The notes under the pieces are model-generated. The model had not been told where the DNA came from and did not search any database. It worked only from the letters and a program-made list of their open reading frames with translations. DNA of 64,000 nt from NCBI GenBank assembly GCA_963662315.1, contig OY759353.1, positions 1,312,001 to 1,376,000 of the forward strand. The letters run 5' to 3'. This DNA comes from Geopsychrobacteraceae bacterium (GTDB lineage: Bacteria > Desulfobacterota > Desulfuromonadia > Desulfuromonadales > Geopsychrobacteraceae). A program made the position numbers and the translations under genes. Shown piece by piece: positions 28,271 through 39,088 of the stretch (position 1 is the stretch's first letter; every line of letters starts with the position of its first letter).

Positions 28271-29608
28271 TTAAATTTTAGTCCGTTCAAGAAAATTGGT
28301 ATCGAAATTTCCATCGATAAACTCCTTGTTGTTCATCATTTTCTGATGAAAAGGAATCGTCGTTTTGATGCCTTCAATAATATACTCATCAAGGGCACAA
28401 GCCATACGTCTAATAGCCTCCTCTCGAGTATCCGCATGAACGATCAATTTCCCAATCATGGAATCATAGTGAGGCAATACCGTATACTGATCATACAAGG
28501 CACTTTCAACACGAATCCCCATGCCACCGGGAGTATGATAGCCAGTAATTTTCCCAGGACAGGGAGTAAACTTGACCGGATCTTCAGCGTTAATACGGCA
28601 CTCAATCGCATGCCCGTTGATTTTTATATCATCCTGCGTGTAGCGCAGAGGGATCCCCGCTGCAGAGCGAATCTGCTCTTTGATAATATCGACACCAGTT
28701 ATCATTTCTGTCACCGGATGCTCAACCTGAACCCGGGTGTTCATTTCCATAAAGTAGAAGCTGCCATCGGAATCAAGTAAATACTCGACCGTTCCGGCAC
28801 TACTGTAACCAACAGACTTGGCTGCTGCGACAGCACATGCCCCCATCTGCTCACGTTGTTCAGGGGTCAGTACCGGGCAGGGCGCCTCCTCAATAAGCTT
28901 TTGATGGCGGCGCTGGATAGAACAATCGCGTTCACCTAGGTGCACGACATTACCGTGCTTGTCACCAAGAATCTGGATTTCAACATGGCGCGGATGCTCA
29001 CAGAACTTTTCGATATAAACGTCAGCGCGACCAAACCCGGATTGCGCTTCAGCACGGGCAGTTGCCAATGCATTGGCCAGGGAACCAGGAGAATGAACGA
29101 TTTTCATGCCACGACCGCCACCACCAGCAGACGCTTTGATGATAACAGGATACCCGATTTCATCAGCAATGCGCTGTGCTTCTTCAGTAGTTTGGATACT
29201 TTCATTTGTACCGGGCAAAATCGGAACTCCCGCTGCAGTAACCGTCTGACGGGCAGTAATTTTATCGCCCATCATTCTCATGTTATCTGCAGTTGGCCCG
29301 ATGAAAGTAATTCCACACTGCTCACAGATTTCAGCAAATTCAGCATTCTCCGACAAAAAACCGTAGCCGGGGTGAATCGCATCGGCATCAGCAATCTCAG
29401 CGGCACTGATAATCGCCTTCATATTGAGGTAACTAGCCGAACTGGGTGTCGGACCAATACAGATACTCTCATCAGCAAGACTGACATGCAATGCTTCGCA
29501 ATCGGCCTCGGAATGGACGGCAACAGTCTTGATGCCCATCTCCTTGCAAGCTCTTATGATACGCACGGCGATTTCGCCACGATTCGCTATTAATATTTTA
29601 TGAAACAT
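28271..29608 (-). CDS. accC: Acetyl-CoA carboxylase biotin carboxylase
   Basis: [50 protein letters not shown]. Confidence 0.98.
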   Translation of the reverse strand: MFHKILIANRGEIAVRIIRACKEMGIKTVAVHSEADCEALHVSLADESICIGPTPSSASYLNMKAIISAAEIADADAIHPGYGFLSENAEFAEICEQCGITFIGPTADNMRMMGDKITARQTVTAAGVPILPGTNESIQTTEEAQRIADEIGYPVIIKASAGGGGRGMKIVHSPGSLANALATARAEAQSGFGRADVYIEKFCEHPRHVEIQILGDKHGNVVHLGERDCSIQRRHQKLIEEAPCPVLTPEQREQMGACAVAAAKSVGYSSAGTVEYLLDSDGSFYFMEMNTRVQVEHPVTEMITGVDIIKEQIRSAAGIPLRYTQDDIKINGHAIECRINAEDPVKFTPCPGKITGYHTPGGMGIRVESALYDQYTVLPHYDSMIGKLIVHADTREEAIRRMACALDEYIIEGIKTTIPFHQKMMNNKEFIDGNFDTNFLERTKI

Positions 29609-29670
29609 GTTTCTGGACTCCTTAATGGGGTATCAGTTCAAAACCATCCGTTTTCAATAAGGAGCCGCTT

Positions 29671-30138
29671 TTACAGCTTTTCAACCAAGAAAATATTTTC
29701 GCCATACTCTACAGGATTGCCATCATCTTTCAGAATTTCTACAATACGACATTTGAACTCTGCCTCAATTTCATTAAACAATTTCATTGCTTCAATCAGG
29801 CAGATAACCTGTCCAGCTTCGATAATATCGCCTACTTTGCAGAAGGGATCAGCATCAGGAGCAGGTTTACGATAGAAAGATCCCACCATAGGCGCAGTAA
29901 TAGCGTCATAGGGGCTTGGTGATGGAGCGTCTACCTTCGCCTGCGCAGCGGCAACAGGTGCTCCCGGAGCGGCAGGAAGCGCAGCAGCCATACTGGGCAT
30001 AGGTGCCGCAATCTGAATAATCTCTTTATCGGGTCCACGCTTGATATGTATTTTATCATCACCGTTTTCAAGCTTAAACTCGGTGATATCAGTGTCGGTA
30101 ATGGTTTTTATTAAAGTTTTAAGATCTTTAAGGTCCAT
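29671..30138 (-). CDS. accB: Biotin carboxyl carrier protein
   Basis: Ala/Pro linker, APMVGSFYR, IEAMKLFNEI biotinylation motif. Confidence 0.97.
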   Translation of the reverse strand: MDLKDLKTLIKTITDTDITEFKLENGDDKIHIKRGPDKEIIQIAAPMPSMAAALPAAPGAPVAAAQAKVDAPSPSPYDAITAPMVGSFYRKPAPDADPFCKVGDIIEAGQVICLIEAMKLFNEIEAEFKCRIVEILKDDGNPVEYGENIFLVEKL

Positions 30139-30277
30139 GTCGTCCTCCTGACCATTTAGGCGAATGTTTAATGTGCACTAATCAATAAAAATGTCCCGGT
30201 TTATAAGGTCCGGCTTAGATAAAACCAGTTAAGAATTGACAATTATCTGCGCAATATCTCATGCAGAAACGAATTGA

Positions 30278-31357
30278 TCAACAACCCGCCTGGCGGAACA
30301 GTTTAGGGATACGGGTTAGCAATTCATACCCTGATGCAGTAACAATTACACTGTCCTCAATTCTGACCCCACCAAGATTAGGAATATAAATACCTGGTTC
30401 TATGGTAATAATCATCCCTTCCTGTAAACTTTCTGTCGACCTTGATGATACAGATGGAAATTCATGAATATCAAGACCGACACCATGCCCCAAGCCATGA
30501 CCAAAAAACTCACCATAGCCTTGTTCTTTGATATAATCCCTGGCAATCTGATCAAGTGTAGCAATTTTGATTCCAGCCTTGACTTCACGTAAAGCGGAAT
30601 CATGAGCTTCTAGCACAATATCAAAAATTTGTCGAAGCTTTCCTTCAACATTACCGACAGCAACGGTTACCGTTTCATCCGAACAGTAACCACCAACCCT
30701 TGTCCCAAAATCGATAGTAACCAGCTCACCATCCTTAATAATTTTATCGCTGGCAACTCCATGAGGTAAGGCACCGCGATCTCCGGAAGCAACAATGAAA
30801 TCAAAGGAATTTTCTTCTCCGCCTAACCGTTTCAAGGTGAATTCAAGCTCAAGAGCGATAGCCTTCTCACTTACGCCTGGAACGATCTTGGGTAAAACGG
30901 CTTCAAACGCCTGGCGATTAAGATCAGCCGCTTGCTTCAGGAAGAATATTTCATCGCTGTCCTTACAGGCACGCAGCGCTTCAAGTTCTGCACCACAAGG
31001 AACCAGTTCAGTCTCGGAAGCAATTAGCCCTTTTAGTTTATCAAACAGCGCAACACTGATTGCATCAGCATCAAATCCGGCGCGAGCGAGGCGTAATGAA
31101 GCAAGCTCATCGGCGACCGCCTGAAGTTTGTTGCTATAGCAAACAACACGATCAGCAATAACCTGATTTTGGGCCTGAGTAGTGTAACGGGAATCGGTTA
31201 GAAATATCGTTTCTGAAGAGGTACATATAAAAACGCCATCGGTTCCGGAAAAACCGGAGAGATAACGCACATTGGTCATTCCAAAAAAAATAAGAGCAGC
31301 AAGTTGACGCTCTTCCAGAATGTGACGTACCGCAACGTGCCGATTAAAATAGTTCAT
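30278..31357 (-). CDS. Xaa-Pro peptidase (M24B, aminopeptidase P family)
   Basis: TDSRY, LPHG, IDFG...YCSD, HGLGHGVGLDIHE, TIEPGIY, GVRIED. Confidence 0.93.
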   Translation of the reverse strand: MNYFNRHVAVRHILEERQLAALIFFGMTNVRYLSGFSGTDGVFICTSSETIFLTDSRYTTQAQNQVIADRVVCYSNKLQAVADELASLRLARAGFDADAISVALFDKLKGLIASETELVPCGAELEALRACKDSDEIFFLKQAADLNRQAFEAVLPKIVPGVSEKAIALELEFTLKRLGGEENSFDFIVASGDRGALPHGVASDKIIKDGELVTIDFGTRVGGYCSDETVTVAVGNVEGKLRQIFDIVLEAHDSALREVKAGIKIATLDQIARDYIKEQGYGEFFGHGLGHGVGLDIHEFPSVSSRSTESLQEGMIITIEPGIYIPNLGGVRIEDSVIVTASGYELLTRIPKLFRQAGC

Positions 31358-31453
31358 ATAATTACTGTTTCAGGTTAATAATGGATTAGCTGTACTTACA
31401 AATAACCAACCTAGCGTTCAAAAAAATCAAAAGGCTAAATCAAAGGCTAGCCA

Positions 31454-31810
31454 TCAAAGTTCCGCTCGCAATGCCGGTGCTTCACGCAGGAGCAGATAAC
31501 GCCCTTTTCCGAAATTGCCATTGCGATCAAGAATCAGTGCGACAAAATATTCTTCCGTCACAACATGCAAAATTATAAAAAACCTGTCAGTTTTAATAGA
31601 TACTTCAGAAAGATCGCCCAAACTCAGAATTTCGGCAGCACGACTGATTTCCTTTGAAATATTACTATATTCTATTCCCACTAGGTTAATATCAACGGGA
31701 ACATCCTCAGCCAGAAATTGGTCAATGGCAATCCCATCAAATCCCATCAGGACAGCCCCCAGACCACCGGAGCATTGACTGACAATCTTTTCGAGAACCT
31801 GCTTAAACAT
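31454..31810 (-). CDS. Roadblock/LC7 protein, MglC-like
   Basis: LMGFDGI motif and GNFGKGRYLL; position near pilQ and accB. ATG 31810 follows GGAGG. Confidence 0.8.
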   Translation of the reverse strand: MFKQVLEKIVSQCSGGLGAVLMGFDGIAIDQFLAEDVPVDINLVGIEYSNISKEISRAAEILSLGDLSEVSIKTDRFFIILHVVTEEYFVALILDRNGNFGKGRYLLLREAPALRAEL

Positions 31811-32654
31811 GTTCCCTCCTTTTAGCAATATTAGATAATAATCGGTTTAACTCAGCAAGGACGGTACTGTCATCAAATTCAGTCACACTCACAGGGACCT
31901 GCGTCAAAGAAGCATCAGCACAGGTTTGCGTTGCCGGACGATCATACTGCACATCAACAGATTCGCCAGCCAGGATATCATCAACGGCATCAGCAGCGAA
32001 ACTCTCAGTAGCATCTTCACCCGTTTCTGTTTTTTCGATTTCCCGGATTTTCCTTCTAAATTCAAGATTTTCCGGTTCCTTCTCTAACAGCTGACGATAC
32101 ATGATAAGAGCTTCTTCATGCATCCCCTGTTTTAAATGGAGTTCTGCTATAGTTGCTGAGATCAGGGGACTTGGCTCTAAATTTGGAGAAACACCGCTAG
32201 ATTCATCTGTTTCAGGTGCCTGAACATCATCGATTGTTTCCGGCAATGACAGAATTAATTTGTTAATGACGGGATCGGCAGGGCTATGATCTCGCGCAGT
32301 TAGCAAAATTTGACGCGCGTCCTCATAATGTTCCAGAAGAATTTTCACCCTGGCATAGCCCACAAGAGCTGCAAGGCTTTCCGCGTCAAAAGTAAGAGCC
32401 TTCTCGAAAGAATCACAGGATAGTTGATAATCGCCTTTTTGACATTGAATCCTGGCCAGGACAACATACCCGGCCGCTAAATCGGGGTGCTTTTCCAGCC
32501 CATTAGTCAAAATCTGCAAAGCGTCGTCAAACAACCCCATCTTTCGGTAAATCTCAGCCAACGATACAAATATAGTTGAATTCGGATCCTTAATCAGGAT
32601 CTCAGTGTAAGCGGCTACTTTACCTAACAAAGAGGTTTGCTGATCAACAGTCAT
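31803..32654 (-). CDS. Tetratricopeptide repeat protein
   Basis: DPNSTIFVSLAEIYRK, several TPR helices, SATIAELHLKQG...A..Y, acidic tail. Confidence 0.85.
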   Translation of the reverse strand: MTVDQQTSLLGKVAAYTEILIKDPNSTIFVSLAEIYRKMGLFDDALQILTNGLEKHPDLAAGYVVLARIQCQKGDYQLSCDSFEKALTFDAESLAALVGYARVKILLEHYEDARQILLTARDHSPADPVINKLILSLPETIDDVQAPETDESSGVSPNLEPSPLISATIAELHLKQGMHEEALIMYRQLLEKEPENLEFRRKIREIEKTETGEDATESFAADAVDDILAGESVDVQYDRPATQTCADASLTQVPVSVTEFDDSTVLAELNRLLSNIAKRREHV

Positions 32655-32670
32655 AAAGTCCCCTTTCCAT

Positions 32671-33750
32671 TTATGACAAGATACGATTAAGTTGTTGTGG
32701 TAAATCCGTTACCATTTCCATTTGAGCTTGCCCGATGCCAACGTTGAGCACCATTGTAAGCTGCCCTCCCTTGACTTTTTTGTCCCTTTGCATCAACTCA
32801 ACATAATCATCAAGTGGATATTGAGGAGGAATAACCGGCAGGTCAAGCGCAATCAACAGGCTAATAATACGCTGAATATCTTCTTCGGAACACAATCCGT
32901 TAAGGTGAGATAAACGTGCGGCAACGACCATACCAATAGCTACGGCTTCACCATGTTTAAAGTGCCCGTATCCGGCAAGCTTTTCTACGGCATGGCCGAA
33001 GGTGTGTCCATAATTTAGCAAAGAACGGACCGACCCTTCTTTTTCATCACGAGAGACGATATCAGCCTTTAGCTGGCATGCAGTCTTAATTGCGAAAATA
33101 AGCGCCTGAGGATCCTGTGCCTTCAGTTGTTCTTTATTCTTTTCAAGCCAACAAAAAAAATGGTTATCAAACATAACTCCATATTTAACGACTTCTGCAA
33201 GTCCAGCAGAAACCTCACGAGGAGCCAATGTCTTTAGGGACAAAATATCAATAAGGACTATTTCGGGCTGATAAAAAGCACCGATCAGATTCTTCCCTAA
33301 AGGATGATTAACAGCTGTTTTACCGCCGACAGAACTATCTACCTGCGATAGCAGCGTTGTGGGAACTTGAGCGTAAGGGATACCTCTCAATAAGCAAGCT
33401 GCGGCAAACCCGGCCATATCACCTACAACGCCTCCACCTAGGGCAATAATGCCACAACCGCGGTCAAACTTGTTCTGGATCAGAACATCAAAAATACCAC
33501 ACAAGGACTCGATATTTTTATATTCTTCACCATCAGGCACGTTATAACGAAGCACCTGAAAGCCACTGGCAGTCAACTCAGAAGCTAACCGCTCCCCATA
33601 AAGAGCATCTACAGTTGGATTGGATATAACGGCAACCTTTCCAGGAAATTCAACCTGCCGTAATTCGCTACCCAACGTACCCAGTACACCAGAGCCAATA
33701 ATAATTGGATAGGACCTTTCCCCCAGAGGTACCGTAATAATTTCTGTCAT
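32671..33750 (-). CDS. aroB: 3-dehydroquinate synthase
   Basis: DGEEYK, GGGVVGD, PTTLLSQVDSSVGGKT, LNYGHTFGHA, HGEAV. Confidence 0.97.
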   Translation of the reverse strand: MTEIITVPLGERSYPIIIGSGVLGTLGSELRQVEFPGKVAVISNPTVDALYGERLASELTASGFQVLRYNVPDGEEYKNIESLCGIFDVLIQNKFDRGCGIIALGGGVVGDMAGFAAACLLRGIPYAQVPTTLLSQVDSSVGGKTAVNHPLGKNLIGAFYQPEIVLIDILSLKTLAPREVSAGLAEVVKYGVMFDNHFFCWLEKNKEQLKAQDPQALIFAIKTACQLKADIVSRDEKEGSVRSLLNYGHTFGHAVEKLAGYGHFKHGEAVAIGMVVAARLSHLNGLCSEEDIQRIISLLIALDLPVIPPQYPLDDYVELMQRDKKVKGGQLTMVLNVGIGQAQMEMVTDLPQQLNRILS

Positions 33751-33768
33751 AGCTATCCTATCAATTTT

Positions 33769-33798
33769 AAAAAAAAAGGGCAGGTCACCCTGCCCTTT
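33769..33798 (-). terminator. Intrinsic terminator after pilQ
   Basis: AAAGGGCAGG-tcac-CCTGCCCTTT hairpin with a 9-A run (U-tract on the minus strand). Confidence 0.85.
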
Positions 33799-33818
33799 CC
33801 GTAACCAAACAGAATTGT

Positions 33819-35942
33819 TTAATTATCTTTAACAATTCTCGGTGTAATAAAGATCAATAATTCGGCTCGTGAGGTAGACTTGGTATTTGATTTAAAGAGA
33901 TACCCCAGTACCGGAATATCCATCAACCATGGAGTCCCGCTATCCCCCTCTGTCACGTTTTCAACGAAAATACCACCGATGACTGTGGTTTCACCATCGT
34001 GAACAAGAACTTTAGTTTCAGCCTTTTTAGTATCGATACTGGGAGCAGAAGCACCAGTAGTCGTCGAAGGAGAATCATTAGTAGTAAGGACTTCCATGAT
34101 AATAGAATCATCAGGATTAATAACCGGTGTGACTTCAAGCTTCAATTCTGCGCTGACAAATTCAGTTTTGGTACCCTCAGAACTGGTTGTCTCGTAAGGT
34201 ATAGTTGTTCCCTGGCTGATGGTCGCCTTTTCACCATTTAACGTAGTGACCTTAGGAAGAGAAACGATTTTTAACTTCCCGGTGCTCTGCAACGCAGAAA
34301 TTCTCAGATCCAAAACCGTCTTATCAATTCCGATTCGACCGAGAGTAATACCTGCACCCAGACCAGGATCTGACGCAGCAGATCCAGCCCCAGCCGGGAG
34401 ATCTACCAAAAAGTTACCACCTAAACCAATGCCAGCATTCTCTATATATGTACCCTGATTAGTAAAATCCAGCCCCCAGTTTACCCCGAGATCACGGCTA
34501 TATGTCGAGCTGACTTCAACTATACGAGCTTCAATCAGAACCTGTCGCTCCGGAGTATCCAAAATAGCGATCAGTTCTTTGGCCTTTTCAATACGCTGTG
34601 GGATATCAGTAATGATTAGATATTTATTACGTGCGTCTTCAGTAATAGAGCCACGATCACTTAAAATTTCTTTAACCGGACCAGATACGCTCTTGAGATC
34701 AGCATAACTTACGGTGACAACCTCTGTAGCTAATGGCTCGAGTTTTTCCTGTGAACTTTTAGCAGTTAACTCCGCTTCTTTCATGGAACGGATGGTATCT
34801 TTAGGAAGGACACGTACAACATTACCCTCCTGAACCATGCCAAGGCCGGTAACATCAAGAATAAGATCAAGCGCCTGATCCCAGGGAACGTCAATAAGGC
34901 GTAGAGTAACATTACCCTTAACCTCATCTGAGGCGATAATATTGAGATCACTAATTTCAGCAATAAGCCTCAGGATATCACGAATATCGGCACTATCGAA
35001 AACAAGTGAAGTTTTTTCGCCAGTATACTGTTTAGCGCTAGTGCCTGAATTACTGATAACCACAGGACCGGCAACCTGAGCGCCAGACATTCCAGATTGG
35101 GATGGCACTGCCACGGGAACATTTTCGACCGGGATCGAATCTCCTACAACAGAGATTGGCATCGTTCCGGTAATGGCAGGAGCCGCTTTCGCGAATTCAC
35201 CATCGACAACCGAAAAGACAAATCCTGCGGCAGATTTATTCAACTCATATGCCTGTTCCCCTTTCAGGAGGACAACGAATTTAACAACTGGACTGCCACC
35301 GGCATTAATCTGATAAGGGGTCACTGAATAAATAGCGCTGGGGAACGACAAAGTGTCAAATTCACGTCTTAATGCTCGGGGCAAAATGGCGTTCTTTACA
35401 GAGAACTGAACCTTACGACCATCCTGAATAGGTGTCGTTACAGTAGCATTACCATCAACAGTAATGTTTAATAATGACTTACCACTATCGGAGCTAAAAT
35501 CTATGGCGGAAATCTTAGCTTCCCCTTGTACTTCCGGCTCTGTCATTGCATCAAGTGCTGTTTGTTCAGAACGCTCCCAGGTAACAGACACCTGCCCTGG
35601 CAGAATATCCACATTAAAGACCGGAAAGTTGCTCCCTTCAACATCAAAAACAAAGCGGGTACGGCTATCAAGCGGGCCACTGCGCAATAATTTAAACCCG
35701 TCCGTTAAAAAATCTGTACGCGAATGTTTTCCAGGAGCAACTCCATACAGATCGACAACGAGTCGCTTAGGGGAATCGAGGGTAAAATACTTGACCTGGT
35801 CAATACCAGCGGTTGCTGACAGCACAACCTTTTTCATAGAAACATCTACTAGCGAAAAAGAATCCGCAGCAAATGAATGTGTAACCAGTGCAACCGAAAA
35901 TAACATCATTAATAAACTGAGGAGCACCGCGTTTCTTCTCAT
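33819..35942 (-). CDS. pilQ: Type IV pilus secretin PilQ
   Basis: Signal peptide, AMIN domain (PKRLVVDL), YTGEKTSL, VPWDQALD, QVLIEARIVE, LLIFITPRI. Confidence 0.96.
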   Translation of the reverse strand: MRRNAVLLSLLMMLFSVALVTHSFAADSFSLVDVSMKKVVLSATAGIDQVKYFTLDSPKRLVVDLYGVAPGKHSRTDFLTDGFKLLRSGPLDSRTRFVFDVEGSNFPVFNVDILPGQVSVTWERSEQTALDAMTEPEVQGEAKISAIDFSSDSGKSLLNITVDGNATVTTPIQDGRKVQFSVKNAILPRALRREFDTLSFPSAIYSVTPYQINAGGSPVVKFVVLLKGEQAYELNKSAAGFVFSVVDGEFAKAAPAITGTMPISVVGDSIPVENVPVAVPSQSGMSGAQVAGPVVISNSGTSAKQYTGEKTSLVFDSADIRDILRLIAEISDLNIIASDEVKGNVTLRLIDVPWDQALDLILDVTGLGMVQEGNVVRVLPKDTIRSMKEAELTAKSSQEKLEPLATEVVTVSYADLKSVSGPVKEILSDRGSITEDARNKYLIITDIPQRIEKAKELIAILDTPERQVLIEARIVEVSSTYSRDLGVNWGLDFTNQGTYIENAGIGLGGNFLVDLPAGAGSAASDPGLGAGITLGRIGIDKTVLDLRISALQSTGKLKIVSLPKVTTLNGEKATISQGTTIPYETTSSEGTKTEFVSAELKLEVTPVINPDDSIIMEVLTTNDSPSTTTGASAPSIDTKKAETKVLVHDGETTVIGGIFVENVTEGDSGTPWLMDIPVLGYLFKSNTKSTSRAELLIFITPRIVKDN

Positions 35943-35997
35943 ATCATTTCCCCTAAAAGTCAATCGTGTATCTCAAACCAGCGAAAATTAAGTAGCT

Positions 35998-36543
35998 CTA
36001 CATTACAATATAACGATAGTCTATAACTTCTTTGCCAGTCATATTATCCTGCCCGGCTTCCTCGACAACAATGCGATCAGGACTCTTTTCTATACGCATT
36101 CCATTCTGATCAATATCGATAATTTTTGTTTGAATATCTTTAACAATTCCGCCATTCATACCAATAAAATCATCAACTTTGACTGTGTAACTTTTGCCGT
36201 CTGGAGCCTTAACCATGGCGTGCGGGATCCCACGTACAACCATAATAGCAAGCAACCTGAATTGTTTCAGTTCAAACTTTTCAAGAGGGCCTTTCAAACT
36301 TTCAGGTCTGACCTTTTTTACAACTTCAGCAACAATAGGTTCCTTGGTGACCAAGGGTTCAAACGGGTCGCGTCGTCCTTGCGGACTGTAAACAAAAGTG
36401 TCCTTTGCTATGGTAATTGAACGATCAGCGACCGTCCCGATCACAGGTTCACTAATCGGATCCGCAGCAACAAGAGGGCCCGTTAATCCAAAGACCAGAA
36501 AAACAGTAAAGTAAAAGCAGATTCTCAGAAAATGTGATTTCAT
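35998..36543 (-). CDS. pilP: Type IV pilus assembly protein PilP
   Basis: YSPQGRRDPF, PLEKFELKQ, AMVKAPDG, IGMNGG; located between pilO and pilQ. Confidence 0.9.
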   Translation of the reverse strand: MKSHFLRICFYFTVFLVFGLTGPLVAADPISEPVIGTVADRSITIAKDTFVYSPQGRRDPFEPLVTKEPIVAEVVKKVRPESLKGPLEKFELKQFRLLAIMVVRGIPHAMVKAPDGKSYTVKVDDFIGMNGGIVKDIQTKIIDIDQNGMRIEKSPDRIVVEEAGQDNMTGKEVIDYRYIVM

Positions 36544-37157
36544 TATTTCTTACCACCTTTCTTCTGCTTATCAGGAGCTGCCGCGGGCGGAGTATCAACA
36601 AAACGGAACGTAACAGCCCGGCAGTCAATGGAGAGAGTTGTTTTGCCGTTATCATCCTTAGGAGACCCTAAGGATAGGCCTTGGATATTGACAATCCGCT
36701 CCATCTTGCTGACTGAATCGAAAAAAGCTCCAGCTTGATGATAGGAGCCAGAAAGTTTAAGCTCAACAGGCACTTCAGCGTAAAAATCTTTGGAAATTTC
36801 TGAGGTCGGTTTAAAACGTACAATTTCCAACCCTTTTTGTCTGGCAAGGTTGGCAATTCCAGTAAGCAGGTTCGGAATTTCACGCTCAAGGGGCAACTCG
36901 CCCAAAGCTTCTTCAAGACGTACCTGCATTTTTTCATACTCAGCCTTATAAACTTCGAGATTGTTAGCAATTTTTTGATTCTTAGCCAACAATGCCTGAG
37001 CACTTTGTTTCCTAGAAAGCAACCCCTCATATTCTTCAAGCTGCCCCTGATAAACACCAAAATAAAACCCGCAACTGATCAGCCCCATAATAACCAGAAT
37101 AATGAGAAAACGCTGATAGGCTGGTAGATTTATTATCTTCTCAACTCTTGCATCCAT
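36543..37157 (-). CDS. pilO: Type IV pilus assembly protein PilO
   Basis: TM helix, coiled coil, LP..REIP.LL, FYAEVPV, GSYH, RIVN. Confidence 0.93.
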   Translation of the reverse strand: MDARVEKIINLPAYQRFLIILVIMGLISCGFYFGVYQGQLEEYEGLLSRKQSAQALLAKNQKIANNLEVYKAEYEKMQVRLEEALGELPLEREIPNLLTGIANLARQKGLEIVRFKPTSEISKDFYAEVPVELKLSGSYHQAGAFFDSVSKMERIVNIQGLSLGSPKDDNGKTTLSIDCRAVTFRFVDTPPAAAPDKQKKGGKK

Positions 37158-37170
37158 TTAAACGCCCCAC

Positions 37171-37722
37171 CTATTTCGTTGAAGGTGACTCAGAGTTGCA
37201 ATCAAGGGTAAACTTCTGCATCTTCTTGTCACCAACTTTAGTCTGTTCAGTTACCGAAAGTTCGATCTGTTGATAATACGGTGAAGCATCAAGACTCTTC
37301 ATAAACAGAGCAACTGTTTTTTCTGTATCGGCGATACCAGACAAGGAAATCCGCCCACCCGATTCTTTAAAACTAGTCAACCAGAGATTATCCGGTAAGG
37401 AGGAACTTAACTCGTCAAGCAAATGAACCGGCCCTGACTTATTCTCCTTCAGACTGGCAAGAACGGCCAATTTCTTTTCAAGATCGGCCTTCTTCTGTTC
37501 AAAATCTTTAACTTGGCCAATCTTTTTTTGTAAAGCGCGGTTTTGTGTATCGATCTGAGCTATATCTTCCTTAACGCTGGCAATGGCTGAACTTTTCTGG
37601 AAATATAATGTCCCACAGGCAATCACTACAAGAATGAGACACAAGAAGAGCACAGATATCTGTGCGCGTAAACGTTCTTTTTTTTGAGCAGCCCGGACCG
37701 GTAACAGATTAATTTTTATCAT
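37171..37722 (-). CDS. pilN: Type IV pilus assembly protein PilN
   Basis: MIKINLLP, TM helix, coiled coil, PDNLWLT. Confidence 0.94.
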   Translation of the reverse strand: MIKINLLPVRAAQKKERLRAQISVLFLCLILVVIACGTLYFQKSSAIASVKEDIAQIDTQNRALQKKIGQVKDFEQKKADLEKKLAVLASLKENKSGPVHLLDELSSSLPDNLWLTSFKESGGRISLSGIADTEKTVALFMKSLDASPYYQQIELSVTEQTKVGDKKMQKFTLDCNSESPSTK

Positions 37723-38777
37723 TTGTCACCCACCTTCCTCATGGCTAATCCAGTGGCCACAGATAACATCGGCCCAACTGCGGCAAGATATTCAGAATCA
37801 AATTCTTTTGGGTTCACACTGACATTACGGAAGGGATTGACCACTTCGTTGGGGATTTCAAGACGCTTTTCAAGTTGCTGACGCAGTTTCTCGGAATTCG
37901 ACGTTCCACCAGTCAAGTATACTTTGGAAATTTTATCCTGATTGGAAGTCGCAGCAAAAAAATCAAGGGAGCGCTGAACTTCCTGAACCAGGTTCTCGAA
38001 AGCATCCTCTAGAATATCATCAATCGTTTCTGCATCTAACGCCTCAAATTCACGGAAACCAAGCTTTGCTTGTTCGGCCTCTTCACTGCTGATACCAAGG
38101 CGCTTCTGTAGCTCCTGGTTAACCAGAGCCCCCCCGGCCTGTAAATCGCGAGTAAAAACCGACACATTCCCCTGCAACACATTAACGCTGGTTGCAGTAG
38201 CACCAATATCAATCAGGGCAACGGTCTCACCTTCGACAAATCCGTAATTAAAATCGAACATGTTTTCAACAGCAAAACAATCGATATCCATAACGACCGG
38301 CTCCAGGCCAGCATCGGCAAACACAGCAGTATAATCGTCAACAAAATCTTTTTTAGCTGCAACCAACATAACATTCATTTGTGACGGATCTTTGTCATCG
38401 GGTCCCAGAATCTGGAAATCGATATTGACCTCGGCTATATCAAAGGGGATATATTGCTCAGCTTCCCACTGAATAGACATTTCCAGTTCGGACTCAGACA
38501 TTAAAGGCAAAGAAATTTTGCGAATAATCACAGAATGCCCGGATACTGATGTTGCAACCTTTTTAGTTTTGACCTTCATCGACGAAAGCAGATTCTGGAT
38601 AACCGAAACCACCATACTGGCATCCATAATGGTGTTATCAACAATGGTCTCTGAAGGAAGGGGCATAATGCCGATATTAACGAGATGAAATGATCCGCGT
38701 GAAGGGCGCAAACGTACTATCTTGACTGCGCTTGAACCGATATCGATCCCGACAATGTCTTTTTTGGAGGCAAACAT
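37719..38777 (-). CDS. pilM: Type IV pilus assembly protein PilM
   Basis: VGIDIGSSAVK, EAEQYIPF, IDIGA, QRSLDFF, LTGG. Confidence 0.96.
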   Translation of the reverse strand: MFASKKDIVGIDIGSSAVKIVRLRPSRGSFHLVNIGIMPLPSETIVDNTIMDASMVVSVIQNLLSSMKVKTKKVATSVSGHSVIIRKISLPLMSESELEMSIQWEAEQYIPFDIAEVNIDFQILGPDDKDPSQMNVMLVAAKKDFVDDYTAVFADAGLEPVVMDIDCFAVENMFDFNYGFVEGETVALIDIGATATSVNVLQGNVSVFTRDLQAGGALVNQELQKRLGISSEEAEQAKLGFREFEALDAETIDDILEDAFENLVQEVQRSLDFFAATSNQDKISKVYLTGGTSNSEKLRQQLEKRLEIPNEVVNPFRNVSVNPKEFDSEYLAAVGPMLSVATGLAMRKVGDK

Positions 38778-38856
38778 GTCTTATCCAGTCCGAAAAGAAA
38801 AAACAGTTTCAATTAAATAGAGAGGAGAGCGTACTCAGTAGAAAAGTTTCGCGGAC

Positions 38857-39057
38857 TCACCCCTCCGGAAAAACTCTGACCTTGTCTGATATTTTAAGTC
38901 CCAAGGCCAGTATGATCTTACGCATTGTTTCCATACGACAGGGATAACCACGCTCTATACGTGTGATCGTCAAGGGAGACACATCAGCCTTCCTTGCCAG
39001 CTCAGCTTTACTCATAAGTAAAGACTCGCGAATATCCCTGACATGATTCTTTTGCAT
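38857..39057 (-). CDS. Small XRE/Cro-type HTH regulator
   Basis: 66 aa; VRDIRE..LMSKAELARKADVSPLTITRIERG. Confidence 0.88.
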   Translation of the reverse strand: MQKNHVRDIRESLLMSKAELARKADVSPLTITRIERGYPCRMETMRKIILALGLKISDKVRVFPEG

Positions 39058-39088
39058 TCAAGAGACCTCGTCATGCATTAATTTTTAA

